From NCBI GenBank assembly GCA_964519305.1, contig CAZFHY010000001.1:32001-96000 (forward strand): 64,000 bases of DNA. The letters run 5' to 3'. The position numbers and the translations under genes are program-made. Source of the stretch: Candidatus Undinarchaeota archaeon. Its GTDB lineage: Archaea; SpSt-1190; JASMDC01. Under the pieces are notes generated by a model. It was given only the letters and a program-made list of their open reading frames with translations, was not told the DNA's origin and did not search any database. Below, one piece after another: positions 8,338 through 17,502 of this stretch. Numbering within the stretch: position 1 is the first letter of the stretch; the number at the start of each line of letters is the position of its first letter.

Positions 8338-9309
8338 TCAGCCGAACAGGTCCTCCTCGAGCGTCTTCTTCTTAGGCGCGGCCCGCTCGCCGAAGCGTAC
8401 GTCCTCGAGCTCGCCCATGAGGTCGGCCTCGAGACTGACGGCCTTACGCGCTTCTTGTTCGGCCCCTGCACGGACCTCCATGAAATAATTATATATCTTC
8501 TGATAACGCGGCCGGAAAGTCAGGGAGAACAGTTCATAGTCCGGTGTGGGCGCGATGAAGGGGCGCACGCCTGGGATTATGCCAGGTGGTTCCTCGGGCA
8601 TGCACACGTAGGAGAACGAGTTATCGGTGAGGGAGAAGTCGGAGGCGCACACGTTCTGGAGGATGGCCGTGTTCAGGTCCATGCCCTGGAGGCTCTCTGC
8701 GAACGACGGTACGCACAGTTCGCCGGTGAGGCCGTCCGAGGCCAGGTACTGGCGCATGCCGTACTTGCTGTTGAGGCCCCTGAGGATGTCGAGCATGTAC
8801 TGGACGAACGTGTCCATGCGCTCGAACGCCGTGTGCTGGTCGAGCGCCTTTACCTTGCTCGTCAGTCGCTCCTCCTCGAGCACGATGACCAGGTCGGCGG
8901 TCTCTTTCATGTCCACCATCGTGGAGATTAGGTGGCGCTTGGCCTGCATGGGGTACTCCTTCATGTAGGGGAGCAGGAGGACGGCGCAGAGGAAAGCGTC
9001 GGGCTGGTACTGGCGGACGCGCTCGAAAGCGTGTGCGGCCAGCGCCCCGTACTCGGTGGTGGGATTGAGCAATGCCACGCTCATGCCATCGGTCATGTCC
9101 AGGGAGTGGTCCACCCAATCCCGGACAAGCCCCATCTTGAATTCGCGCTTGCTGGTGTCGTCGGAGATCTCGATCTTGAGGCATTTATTCCGATCGAACT
9201 CCTTGAGGTCGCTGATGCTCGCCGACGCCAGTGCGAAGGGTGCGCGGTGGCGCTCAGTGTACCGCTCGATCCATGTGGCGCCGAAGGTCCCGAGCCCGAT
9301 GAGGTTCAT
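8338..9309 (-). CDS. Degenerate tubulin/FtsZ-like protein, probably GTPase-dead
   Basis: Start at 9309 (ATGA overlap); MNLIGLGTFG, AVLLLPYMKEY, ADLVIVLEEERL, AFERMD fall in FtsZ/CetZ order and spacing, but the GGGTG loop is absent. Confidence 0.6.
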   Translation of the reverse strand: MNLIGLGTFGATWIERYTERHRAPFALASASISDLKEFDRNKCLKIEISDDTSKREFKMGLVRDWVDHSLDMTDGMSVALLNPTTEYGALAAHAFERVRQYQPDAFLCAVLLLPYMKEYPMQAKRHLISTMVDMKETADLVIVLEEERLTSKVKALDQHTAFERMDTFVQYMLDILRGLNSKYGMRQYLASDGLTGELCVPSFAESLQGMDLNTAILQNVCASDFSLTDNSFSYVCMPEEPPGIIPGVRPFIAPTPDYELFSLTFRPRYQKIYNYFMEVRAGAEQEARKAVSLEADLMGELEDVRFGERAAPKKKTLEEDLFG

Positions 9310-11105
9310 AAGCCAACCCACTCCCGCATGATACGCTTCCAGATGAACTTGCGTGCATGCTCGATCAATTTGAACCTGACGGTCACGTACATGATGCCCC
9401 CGGTCACCGCGAACAGGATGAGCAGGAACAGGACCCGCTGGCGGAACCGGTTCACCTCTACCGCGCAGGTGCCGTCCTCCTGTCTGACGTTGTCGTTCAT
9501 GAGCCCCTGGAACGTACCGAGCTCCTCGCACGCCTGGGGCATGCACACGTCGTTCTCGCAGTAGAAGCCCTTGATGCACCCGCAGTCGCTGCAGCAGTAC
9601 GGCTTCTCGATATCGAGGCAGAGGGTGTCACCGCACTTGATGTCGTACGCTCGGCGAGGTGCGTCGGTGAGGGTGCCCGTGAACCTCAGCCCTTCTTTGA
9701 AGCTCATACCGTCGGGGAGAGACATGGTCACCCATTCGTCCCCCTGGGGGAGTCGGATGCGCCACTCGCCGGCGTTCTTCGTCCTGTCCATGAGGCCCGG
9801 GACGGTGAAGGTGACGTTCTGCTCCTTGACCAGCATCCCCGCGATGGGCGTGACGTCGATATCGTTGCCGTGGACCGTTCCGTTGAGAGGGGATAGGAGG
9901 GCGGGGCCCGTGGCGTTCTCCATCCGCCATTCTACCAGCGACAGCACGCCGTCGGGATTGGCGGAGAGCACGTCGGCCTCGCCGTAGGCCTTCATGTCCT
10001 CGATCTCGCGCAGACGGAGCACGGCATGGCCTGAGCCGTCGGATAACAGGCTGAGAGTGATGTTACGCCTTCTGCTCGGCGGGAAGAGCACCTCCAACCG
10101 GTGCTGGCCTCCACGGTACGCACTCCCGTCCACCTCTACGTGCATTACCGCTTCATTGTGCATGATGTACTTCAGCCCGGGGGTAGCAGGAGCGCGTGTC
10201 CGGTACGCTACCGCCTTGCGCTCGCCAGCACCGAGGCTGAGGTTGACGGATAGGACGTTACCTACACCCTGGATATACACCGGCGCCAGCGCACCACCAA
10301 GGTACTCCAGGCGCGGGTTCGTCGGCTCGTCCAGCCGGATCTTCACGGATTGACGCCCCTGGTTCACCAGTGTGAAGTTTACCTGGAAACCCTCGCCCTG
10401 GACGGCCTTTGCTGGCATCGACCGGCCCATGGACAGCTTCGGGCGTTCCAATGCCCAGGTGATGAGCGTACGAGCGATGGGGAGCTTCTCGCGGAGCACG
10501 CACAGCCTCCTCGAGCAGTTCAGGCCGGGGACAACGTGAATGCCAGGCGCCTCGACATCGAACTTGAAGATGAACCATGTGAAATCGTCGAACCGTGAGC
10601 CGTTGATCCGCAGGGCATAGGGGAAGACCTCCTTGTGGACGTCCTCCAGCGGTGCGGCGGCCGTGTACACCAGGTCGTGCCGGGCGTAGGGGCCGAAGGG
10701 CAGTTCCCGGGTGTGCAGCGCTACAAGCTCCTCCCTCATTCCTGCAGCCTCGCGTGTCAGGTCTGCGCCCATGACCGAGACGTTCATGGCCCCCAGGTCC
10801 TCGCTCAGGTGGTTAGCCAACCGGATAATGGCCTTGCGCACGACCGTGTCATTGGGGCCAAGGACCACCGTGTAGAGCACCTCGTCCACGGTCACCGTGG
10901 TGAGGTCCATCGACCATATGTCAGCGTCGTCCGCAGCAGGCTCCTCGTGGATTTCGACGGGGGCGTCCGTGACATTGGACGGGACATCGGTGGCGTTGAC
11001 CGGGAGGTCGGTGGCGTTGACAGCAGCGGTCCCGTTGTCATCCTGTGCTACTGCCAGGGACATGAGGAGGAGGGCCATCACCAGGATAATCGTAGTTCGC
11101 GCCAT
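9306..11105 (-). CDS. Cell-surface glycoprotein with C-terminal membrane anchor
   Basis: Signal peptide MARTTIILVMALLLMSLAVA, many NxT/S sequons, DUF11/CARDB-like Ig module, Cys cluster CGDTLC..CCSDCGC..CENDVC, C-terminal TM helix and basic tail. Confidence 0.75.
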   Translation of the reverse strand: MARTTIILVMALLLMSLAVAQDDNGTAAVNATDLPVNATDVPSNVTDAPVEIHEEPAADDADIWSMDLTTVTVDEVLYTVVLGPNDTVVRKAIIRLANHLSEDLGAMNVSVMGADLTREAAGMREELVALHTRELPFGPYARHDLVYTAAAPLEDVHKEVFPYALRINGSRFDDFTWFIFKFDVEAPGIHVVPGLNCSRRLCVLREKLPIARTLITWALERPKLSMGRSMPAKAVQGEGFQVNFTLVNQGRQSVKIRLDEPTNPRLEYLGGALAPVYIQGVGNVLSVNLSLGAGERKAVAYRTRAPATPGLKYIMHNEAVMHVEVDGSAYRGGQHRLEVLFPPSRRRNITLSLLSDGSGHAVLRLREIEDMKAYGEADVLSANPDGVLSLVEWRMENATGPALLSPLNGTVHGNDIDVTPIAGMLVKEQNVTFTVPGLMDRTKNAGEWRIRLPQGDEWVTMSLPDGMSFKEGLRFTGTLTDAPRRAYDIKCGDTLCLDIEKPYCCSDCGCIKGFYCENDVCMPQACEELGTFQGLMNDNVRQEDGTCAVEVNRFRQRVLFLLILFAVTGGIMYVTVRFKLIEHARKFIWKRIMREWVGL

Positions 11106-11107
11106 GA

Positions 11108-12673
11108 TCACCACCCCAGGTACCAGTAGGCCTCCTCGAACTTTTTGACGTACTCCTCGGGCGTGTGCCGCCTCAGGTTCTCCGACTCGACCACGAACTT
11201 GAAGCGGACGATACCGCCTCCTCCACCGATCCGCCATCGGACGAAGAACAGGAACGATACGAAGGCGAAAGCGAACGATACCGCCACGAAGGTGCACTCG
11301 AACCCGTAGATCTCGCACACTAGGCCCGCAGGATGGAGGGTGACCGGGAATGTCTCGTTCCCCGCCTCGAAGCCACGGTAGTAGATACGACCGATGAGGT
11401 TGCAGGCGAGCGGTTCACGGGTCGCGGGCGTGCTCACGTTGCACCGGTCTATACCGTACTCGCCAGCTCCGCAGTGTCGGTCGAGCAACGTCTCGTTCCC
11501 TCCGCAGCGAAGGAAGAGCTCATAAGGAAGACCGGGGTCAGTGAGGCTGGCGAACACGATGGTACTTGCGTTCCCCTCGATGTCCTTTGCTACTGGCCGG
11601 AACTGCTCGAAAGCGGGTGAGAACTCCCTCACCTCGATCTCCAGCCCCTCCTCCTGCTCGTCGCCGTCCGTGGAGAAGGTCACCGATCCCTCGTAGATGA
11701 TCCGGCCCTCGTACTCGTGGAGTGGCAGGCGTCCCAGGTGGAGCGGGCAAGTGATCTCGTCGAGGATGTTGGTGCAGGCCTGGTCCACCGGAAGGGTCTG
11801 ATTGACGTACGCGGTGTTGTTCCAGGTGAGGATGATCGAGATCGTGTTGTCGCGCTGGAGTATATCGTTCCACTTCTCAATGGATGTGTTTACGACCACG
11901 GGATCGTACTGGTTCACGAGCCGGGTGTAGTTGGTAAGAGTGAACAAGGGGTCCTCGGCGTACACGACCGCGAAGGGCGTCTCCATGTAATCGACGATGC
12001 GCGATCCAGTTACGATCTCAAGGCGCGCCGTGTACCTCCCTCGCTCGTCGGGCACGTCCACGCTCACCGCATGTCGGATGCTGCCCTGCATATCGCAGCT
12101 GAGGTCGATCGGTTGATGGCTGCGCGCAACGACCTCCCGGCCCGGCCCGAGCACGTACAGGGTCGTGTTGTAGCTCACACCGTACTCCGGGCGTCGGATG
12201 ACGTAGTCGATATAGAGCTGCTCTCCGGGGCCGAACACGTCCTTGCTCAAGCCAGCCTCGAGCGCGGTGTTGACGAAGAACACGGTATGGATGTTGAACG
12301 GGATGGACTCTGACACGGGGGACGTGACATCGTAGGTGAAGTAGATCGTGTGGTCACCAGGGGTGCTGCATAGCGGGGCCTTCGTCAGGATGGTGAACGC
12401 ACGCTCGACGTCCTTGCGCACCTCGAGCTTGGGCAGACCGCCCGGGTAATCGGTACCCCAGTGGTACTGGGAGTTCGTATCGTTCTTCCGGTTGGCGATG
12501 CCGTACGCGGGCTCATCGATAAGACCGCGTACCGTGACCTTGTGGACGCCCTGGTCGCCAGGGAGGAGCACGTGGCGTACGTTCTGTACGTCGACGAGGA
12601 CCTGCTCGCCCGCAGAGACGCTCGCAGCGCACAGAGCGCATACGAGAACGAGAACAAGAAGCTTGGACGGCAA
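11108..12673 (-). CDS. Secreted, C-terminally anchored Ig-repeat protein
   Basis: Signal peptide, beta-rich domains, TM helix FVAVSFAFAFVSFLFFV, short cytoplasmic tail. Confidence 0.7.
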   Translation of the reverse strand: MPSKLLVLVLVCALCAASVSAGEQVLVDVQNVRHVLLPGDQGVHKVTVRGLIDEPAYGIANRKNDTNSQYHWGTDYPGGLPKLEVRKDVERAFTILTKAPLCSTPGDHTIYFTYDVTSPVSESIPFNIHTVFFVNTALEAGLSKDVFGPGEQLYIDYVIRRPEYGVSYNTTLYVLGPGREVVARSHQPIDLSCDMQGSIRHAVSVDVPDERGRYTARLEIVTGSRIVDYMETPFAVVYAEDPLFTLTNYTRLVNQYDPVVVNTSIEKWNDILQRDNTISIILTWNNTAYVNQTLPVDQACTNILDEITCPLHLGRLPLHEYEGRIIYEGSVTFSTDGDEQEEGLEIEVREFSPAFEQFRPVAKDIEGNASTIVFASLTDPGLPYELFLRCGGNETLLDRHCGAGEYGIDRCNVSTPATREPLACNLIGRIYYRGFEAGNETFPVTLHPAGLVCEIYGFECTFVAVSFAFAFVSFLFFVRWRIGGGGGIVRFKFVVESENLRRHTPEEYVKKFEEAYWYLGW

Positions 12674-12730
12674 CCTATCACAACACCACAGCGGGTATCT
12701 TTATATCTCTTGCACGAAAGGAAGCCCCTG

Positions 12731-14677
12731 ATGGCCTCCCTGAAGCTCGACAGGAACAGGTGCACGAAGTGCGGAAAGTGCGTGGTCGCATGTCCGAACA
12801 ATGCCATCGTCATGCGTAACTTCCCTGCGTTCTGCAAGCACTGCGACCTCAAGGCCGCACCGTGCTACCAGGCCTGCCCGCTGGGCGCCATCGTGGACGT
12901 AGGTAACGGTATTCTCAAGGTGGACGTGAACCGCTGCGATCCCTACCAGTGCAAGAAGGAGTGCCAGAAGTGGTGTCAGTGGGATGGCGTGTTCGTGTTC
13001 GGCGACAAGGCCAAGAAGTGCGATCTGTGCTTCGACTACCAGAACCAGCCCAACTTCATCCCCAAGTGCATCGAGGTGTGCGACGCCAAGGCCATCACCA
13101 CCGACCTCATGCAGGAGGTCGTGCTCGACTACGCAGGATGGAGCGCCGAGTCCATTCCCCAGGAGATCATCGCAGAGGTCCTCCAGAGCTTCACCTACGG
13201 CCAGGTCGTCAAGGTGCAGGGCCAGCCGGTCCCGTACTACTACGTCAACTCGCTACCCCAGCTCACCGACTGGGCCCAGACCAAGCTCCTGGGTCTCACC
13301 ATCAAGAAGTACATCGACACCGGCAAGGCGGACCAGGACCCGTTCTCCTCGCTGATGATGATCATGCGCAAGTCCGCCCAGTGGGTGGGCACCAGCGTGG
13401 ACGAGAACATGCTAAAGGAGCTCGCCAACATCGCTCTCATGAACACGAAGGGCTACGGGCCCTTCGACGTCCTCCTCGAGGACGACCAGCTGGAGGAGTT
13501 GATGTGCATCGGCCTCGGTAAGGAGAGGCCAATGTATGTCTACCACCGCGAGTACGGGATGCTGCGGACCAACCTGTTCTTCCCCGACGAATACATGGAC
13601 TTCACGGTGGACCCACCGGAGAAGAAGTCCGGCGAGGAGGTCCTGTGGAAGATCATCGAGAAGATGATCGAGCCCATGGGGGAGCGTATCGACCGCCAGC
13701 ACCCCAGGGTCAACGCGCAGCTGCCGGACGGCTCCCGTCTCCACGCGTGCATCAAACCAATGGGATTCTCCGGACCGTCGGTGACGATCCGAAAGTTCCG
13801 GGCCGCACCGTTCTCGCCCATCGACACCATCAGGTTCAACACCATCTCTCTGGAGGCCGTGGTGTACTGCTGGATCGCAATGGAGAGCGAGATCTCGATG
13901 ATCGTGGCCGGAAACACAGGTTCCGGAAAGACCACCTCGCTCAACGCATTCTCTACGTTCATCCCTCCCGAGGAGCGCATCCTCATCCTCGAGTCAACGC
14001 CCGAAATCAATCTGCCCCACCCGCACAAGGCACGTCTGGTCACCGTCAACAACGCTGACCCGCCCATCGGTATGCAGGACATCATCGAGGACACGCTGCG
14101 TATGCGGCCCGACCGTGTGGTAGTAGGAGAGGTCCGGAGCGGCCCAGAGGCACAGGCGTTCATGAACTCGGTACTGGCAGGTCAGGCACGCGGTTCCATG
14201 TGCACGTTCCACGCACAGGACGCAGTATCTGTCGTCAAGCGTATGAAGAACCCTCCCATGAACATCTCACCTCTCGACCTGCAGGTCCTGGACCTCGTCT
14301 TCGTCCAGCGACGTATGTCGCGGGTCGAGGGCAGCAAGCGGAAGCAGATCCGTCGCGTCGTCGAGATCGCCGAGATCGACAAGCATAATATGAGCGACGA
14401 GGGCGTACCGGTCATCCATCCGATCTATCGCTACAATCCGGACACCGATGTCGTCGAGCGCGTGCACTCGGGTCTGTCCCCGCTAGAGGAGCGCATATCC
14501 AAGTACAACCTCTGTCTCGACGAGGGGCAGTTCTGGGGCGAGGTACAGGCGAGGACCAAGATGCTCAAGTACCTGATGGCCAACAACATCCGTGACATCA
14601 AGGTCTTCATGGACTACATCATCCAGTACGGTACGGATCCTGCTTTCAAGCAGAGCATAATCAACATGAACATCTGA
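12731..14677 (+). CDS. Type IV pilus/type II secretion assembly ATPase (TadA/VirB11/ArlI family) with N-terminal 4x[4Fe-4S] domain
   Basis: Walker A GNTGSGKTT, LILESTPEI, LRMRPDRVVVGEVR, TFHA; N-terminal 16 Cys in four ferredoxin motifs; ATG 12731 follows TATA near 12700. Confidence 0.9.
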   Translation: MASLKLDRNRCTKCGKCVVACPNNAIVMRNFPAFCKHCDLKAAPCYQACPLGAIVDVGNGILKVDVNRCDPYQCKKECQKWCQWDGVFVFGDKAKKCDLCFDYQNQPNFIPKCIEVCDAKAITTDLMQEVVLDYAGWSAESIPQEIIAEVLQSFTYGQVVKVQGQPVPYYYVNSLPQLTDWAQTKLLGLTIKKYIDTGKADQDPFSSLMMIMRKSAQWVGTSVDENMLKELANIALMNTKGYGPFDVLLEDDQLEELMCIGLGKERPMYVYHREYGMLRTNLFFPDEYMDFTVDPPEKKSGEEVLWKIIEKMIEPMGERIDRQHPRVNAQLPDGSRLHACIKPMGFSGPSVTIRKFRAAPFSPIDTIRFNTISLEAVVYCWIAMESEISMIVAGNTGSGKTTSLNAFSTFIPPEERILILESTPEINLPHPHKARLVTVNNADPPIGMQDIIEDTLRMRPDRVVVGEVRSGPEAQAFMNSVLAGQARGSMCTFHAQDAVSVVKRMKNPPMNISPLDLQVLDLVFVQRRMSRVEGSKRKQIRRVVEIAEIDKHNMSDEGVPVIHPIYRYNPDTDVVERVHSGLSPLEERISKYNLCLDEGQFWGEVQARTKMLKYLMANNIRDIKVFMDYIIQYGTDPAFKQSIINMNI

Positions 14678-14689
14678 GGGCCCAATCGC

Positions 14690-15967
14690 ATGACGGACGA
14701 CATGTTCTCGGTGAAGGCAGGCCAAGACAAGTCTTGGAACCAGGGGGCACAGGACTGGGCCCAGTCTCCCGGGCAGGCCAACCAAGGCTGGGGAGCACCG
14801 GCACCGCCGGCCATGCAACAGGCACCGAGCCACCCGCCCGGACCCATATCACCGCCGGCCATGCAACATGGACCCGGACCCATGCAACACGGACCTGGGC
14901 CAATGCAGCACGGACCCGGCCCTTCACCCATGGGAGGCGCTACGGCCCCCGTCGGTGGCGGCGACTGGTACTCGACGTCCGTTGGTGAACAGACACAGCA
15001 GACCACTGATGTCGAGGAAAAAGAGGCAGAGCAGCGCTCACGGTTCAAGTTCATGGGCCCAATGCTCCTGCGCATGGGCCCCGAGCGGATCAAGTGGTAC
15101 CGCCAGGCCTGTGATGCCGTGGAGTTCTTCATGTTCGCCGACGACTGGGTGCTTGTCTCCTCGCTGATAGGTATCGCTGTATTCGCCCTGGCGTTCCCGA
15201 TACTCACATCGCTATCTGACGCATTCATCATGATCGTCCTCGTCCCCGTGACCGGAGGCGGTGTGTTCGCCATCCTGATCTCATATCCTATCTTCAAGTT
15301 CGAGAGCCGCAAGGACGAGATCGAGACCAACCTCCCGGACGCCCTGTTCCAGGCGGCGAGCAATCCGCCCCGGACCCACTTCGTGGAGCTGCTGACGGGC
15401 CTGACGAAGATCGGGTACGGACCGCTGACCGACGAGCTGCGGGTCACGGTGAAGGAGATCGAGAAGGGCTCGTCCGTCAAGGAGGGTCTGGAGAAGCTCT
15501 CCGAGCGCAACCAGTCGAAGATCCTGGAGAGGGCCTGCTACCTCCTAATCCGGGCGCAGGAGCAGGGTGTAGATATCGTCGAGGCCCTGGCCGCCCTGGC
15601 CACGGACATCAAGGAGACCAAATACCTCCTGCGTGAACAGGCCGCGTCGCTCCAGCTCCAGAAGATCACACTTCTGGCAGCGGGGGCCGTCCTCATCCCC
15701 CTCATCCTCGGGTTCGTCGTAGGGCTGGCGGAGTCCATGGGCAATTTCAGCGAGGACAAGGCAGAGATCATCGCTGCACAGGTCCAGACGGTGCAACCAA
15801 TCTTCCTCGGGTACGTGGTCATCCACGCCCTCGAGGCGTGTCTGGCCATCGGCCGTCAGGAGGGCGATGCCAAGAAGGCCGTTTACTATGTGATCCCAGT
15901 GCTCCTGATCGCGATTATTCTGTTCCAGTACGTGGCCCCTCAGGCCATGATGATGTTCATGGGGTGA
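14690..15967 (+). CDS. TadB/TadC-like pilus platform protein (T2SSF domain) with Pro/Gln/Gly-rich N-terminal extension
   Basis: IETNLPDALFQAAS...GYGPLTDEL....EIEKG plus multiple TM helices; directly downstream of the ATPase. Confidence 0.85.
   Translation: MTDDMFSVKAGQDKSWNQGAQDWAQSPGQANQGWGAPAPPAMQQAPSHPPGPISPPAMQHGPGPMQHGPGPMQHGPGPSPMGGATAPVGGGDWYSTSVGEQTQQTTDVEEKEAEQRSRFKFMGPMLLRMGPERIKWYRQACDAVEFFMFADDWVLVSSLIGIAVFALAFPILTSLSDAFIMIVLVPVTGGGVFAILISYPIFKFESRKDEIETNLPDALFQAASNPPRTHFVELLTGLTKIGYGPLTDELRVTVKEIEKGSSVKEGLEKLSERNQSKILERACYLLIRAQEQGVDIVEALAALATDIKETKYLLREQAASLQLQKITLLAAGAVLIPLILGFVVGLAESMGNFSEDKAEIIAAQVQTVQPIFLGYVVIHALEACLAIGRQEGDAKKAVYYVIPVLLIAIILFQYVAPQAMMMFMG
14861..14923 (+). 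repeat. 3 x 21-bp coding repeat (MQHGPGP)3
   Basis: atgcaacatggacccggaccc / atgcaacacggacctgggcca / atgcagcacggacccggccct differ only at synonymous sites. Confidence 0.85.
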
Positions 15968-15994
15968 TATGAGATAGCAACTTTCGGCGACGAG

Positions 15995-16897
15995 ATGGAG
16001 GTGTACGAGCAGGAGAGCAGGTTCCGCCAGTTCCTGTTCACCTTCAATCAAGCGTTCGCCATCTCGAACCGCCTCCGGGAGAAGGACCGGAACGAGCTGT
16101 CGGTCGTCCTGCGCAAGGCGCGCATGGACTATGATCCTGAAGAGTACGTCACTCTCACCTACGTTGCATGGATCGCTTCGTTCTTCGGCGTACTCCTCGT
16201 CGGCGGTATCTTCGTCATCGCGCTCGGTGACGTCGTAGGCTACACCAACATGATCGTGGGCGACGCCATTCTCGCGTTCTTCGTGAGCACCATCGTCTAC
16301 TCCTACTCCAAGAGCTATCCGTACGGGGAGATCAAGGACATCGGCCTCCGGATCGAGGCGGAGCTGCCTTTCATGGTCCGGAACCTCGCCATCGAGCGCG
16401 AGATGGGCATCCCCATCAAGGACTCCTTCGAGAAGCTGGCCGAGGAGGAGGGGCTCCTGGGACGCGAATCGCGGGTCATCCTTGCCGAGATCGAGCGCGG
16501 CTACTCGGTGACACAGGCACTTCGCGCTTCCTGTCAGCGTACGGAGAGCCGGTTGTACGTGCGCACCATGGCACAGCTCACCCACGCCCTGGAGATAGGT
16601 ACCGAGATCAAGTCTGTGCTCAACGCCATGGCAAAGGAGGCCGAGACCAACCTTCGTATCGCGCTCAAGGAGTACTCGGGCAAGGTATCCACGCTCTCCA
16701 TCATGTACGTCATCGTGGCGGCCGTGGTCCCCGCCATCCTGGGCGCAGCGCTCATCCTCTCGGTGCTCTTCGAGGAGGGCTCCACCCAGCTCCTCTCCGC
16801 GGACATGCTCATGCTCCTCTACTGGGGCCTCTTCCCCCTGGCCAACTACACCATCCTGGCCGTCATGAAGCGGGGACAGCCGTACATAATGGTCTGA
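15995..16897 (+). CDS. Second TadC-like pilus platform protein (T2SSF domain)
   Basis: IEAELPFMVRNLAIEREMGIP...EIERGYSVTQAL, multiple TM helices. Confidence 0.85.
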   Translation: MEVYEQESRFRQFLFTFNQAFAISNRLREKDRNELSVVLRKARMDYDPEEYVTLTYVAWIASFFGVLLVGGIFVIALGDVVGYTNMIVGDAILAFFVSTIVYSYSKSYPYGEIKDIGLRIEAELPFMVRNLAIEREMGIPIKDSFEKLAEEEGLLGRESRVILAEIERGYSVTQALRASCQRTESRLYVRTMAQLTHALEIGTEIKSVLNAMAKEAETNLRIALKEYSGKVSTLSIMYVIVAAVVPAILGAALILSVLFEEGSTQLLSADMLMLLYWGLFPLANYTILAVMKRGQPYIMV

Positions 16898-16929
16898 GCC
16901 CCACTTGAGGGTGACCTGAGGTGATCTAC

Positions 16930-17469
16930 ATGGAGCAGGAGTTCCTCGACGGACGTGTGCTAGTTAAGGTGGGCGACCTCACCAGAGAGGACGTGGACGC
17001 TATCGTCAACGCAGCGAACTCCGGCCTGATGGGCGGAGGTGGCGTGGACGGGGCCATACACAGGGCCGGCGGCAGGGCCATCCTGAAGGAGTGCGAGCGC
17101 ATCAGGGGGACGGACTGGCCAGATGGTCTGCCCACCGGACGCGCGGTCATCACCACCGGCGGCGGTCTTGCGGCCAGGCACGTCATCCACACGGTCGGCC
17201 CGGTCTGGAGCAGCCGGCCCGGAAAGGACGAGCAGCTGGCCAGCTGCTACACCGAGTCGCTGCGGATAGCGGTGGACAACGGACTTCGGACGATCGCGTT
17301 CCCGGCCATCTCCACCGGTATCTACCACTTCCCCAAGGACCGGGCAGCGCGCGTGGCGTCAGCGGCCGTCAAGGCTTTCCTGGAAGGGGACAGTACAATC
17401 GAGCAGGTTCGGTTCGTGTTCTTCAGCGAGGGTGATGCGAGGACGTTCCTGGACAACTGCGGGTTCTGA
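16930..17469 (+). CDS. ymdB: Macrodomain O-acetyl-ADP-ribose deacetylase (YmdB/MacroD)
   Basis: GDLT..VDAIVNAANSGLMGGGGVDGAIHRAGG, VIHTVGP, AFPAISTGIYHFP. Confidence 0.9.
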   Translation: MEQEFLDGRVLVKVGDLTREDVDAIVNAANSGLMGGGGVDGAIHRAGGRAILKECERIRGTDWPDGLPTGRAVITTGGGLAARHVIHTVGPVWSSRPGKDEQLASCYTESLRIAVDNGLRTIAFPAISTGIYHFPKDRAARVASAAVKAFLEGDSTIEQVRFVFFSEGDARTFLDNCGF

Positions 17470-17502
17470 GCAGGTAACGAAAGACTTATAGTGCTGGAGG
17501 CC

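Noticed and set aside
9310-9579. N-terminal 90 aa of the 413-aa ORF 8338-9579
   Set aside because: Arg-rich off-frame read-through of the upstream gene; the ATGA-coupled start at 9309 is more plausible.
12461-12730. N-terminal extension of the ATPase ORF
   Set aside because: Overlaps the divergent gene and its promoter; ATG 12731 follows the TATA.
16930-17469. Macrodomain as part of the pilus system or of an anti-phage ADP-ribosylation module
   Set aside because: Ordinary YmdB/MacroD sequence, no ADP-ribosyltransferase nearby; adjacency alone is insufficient.
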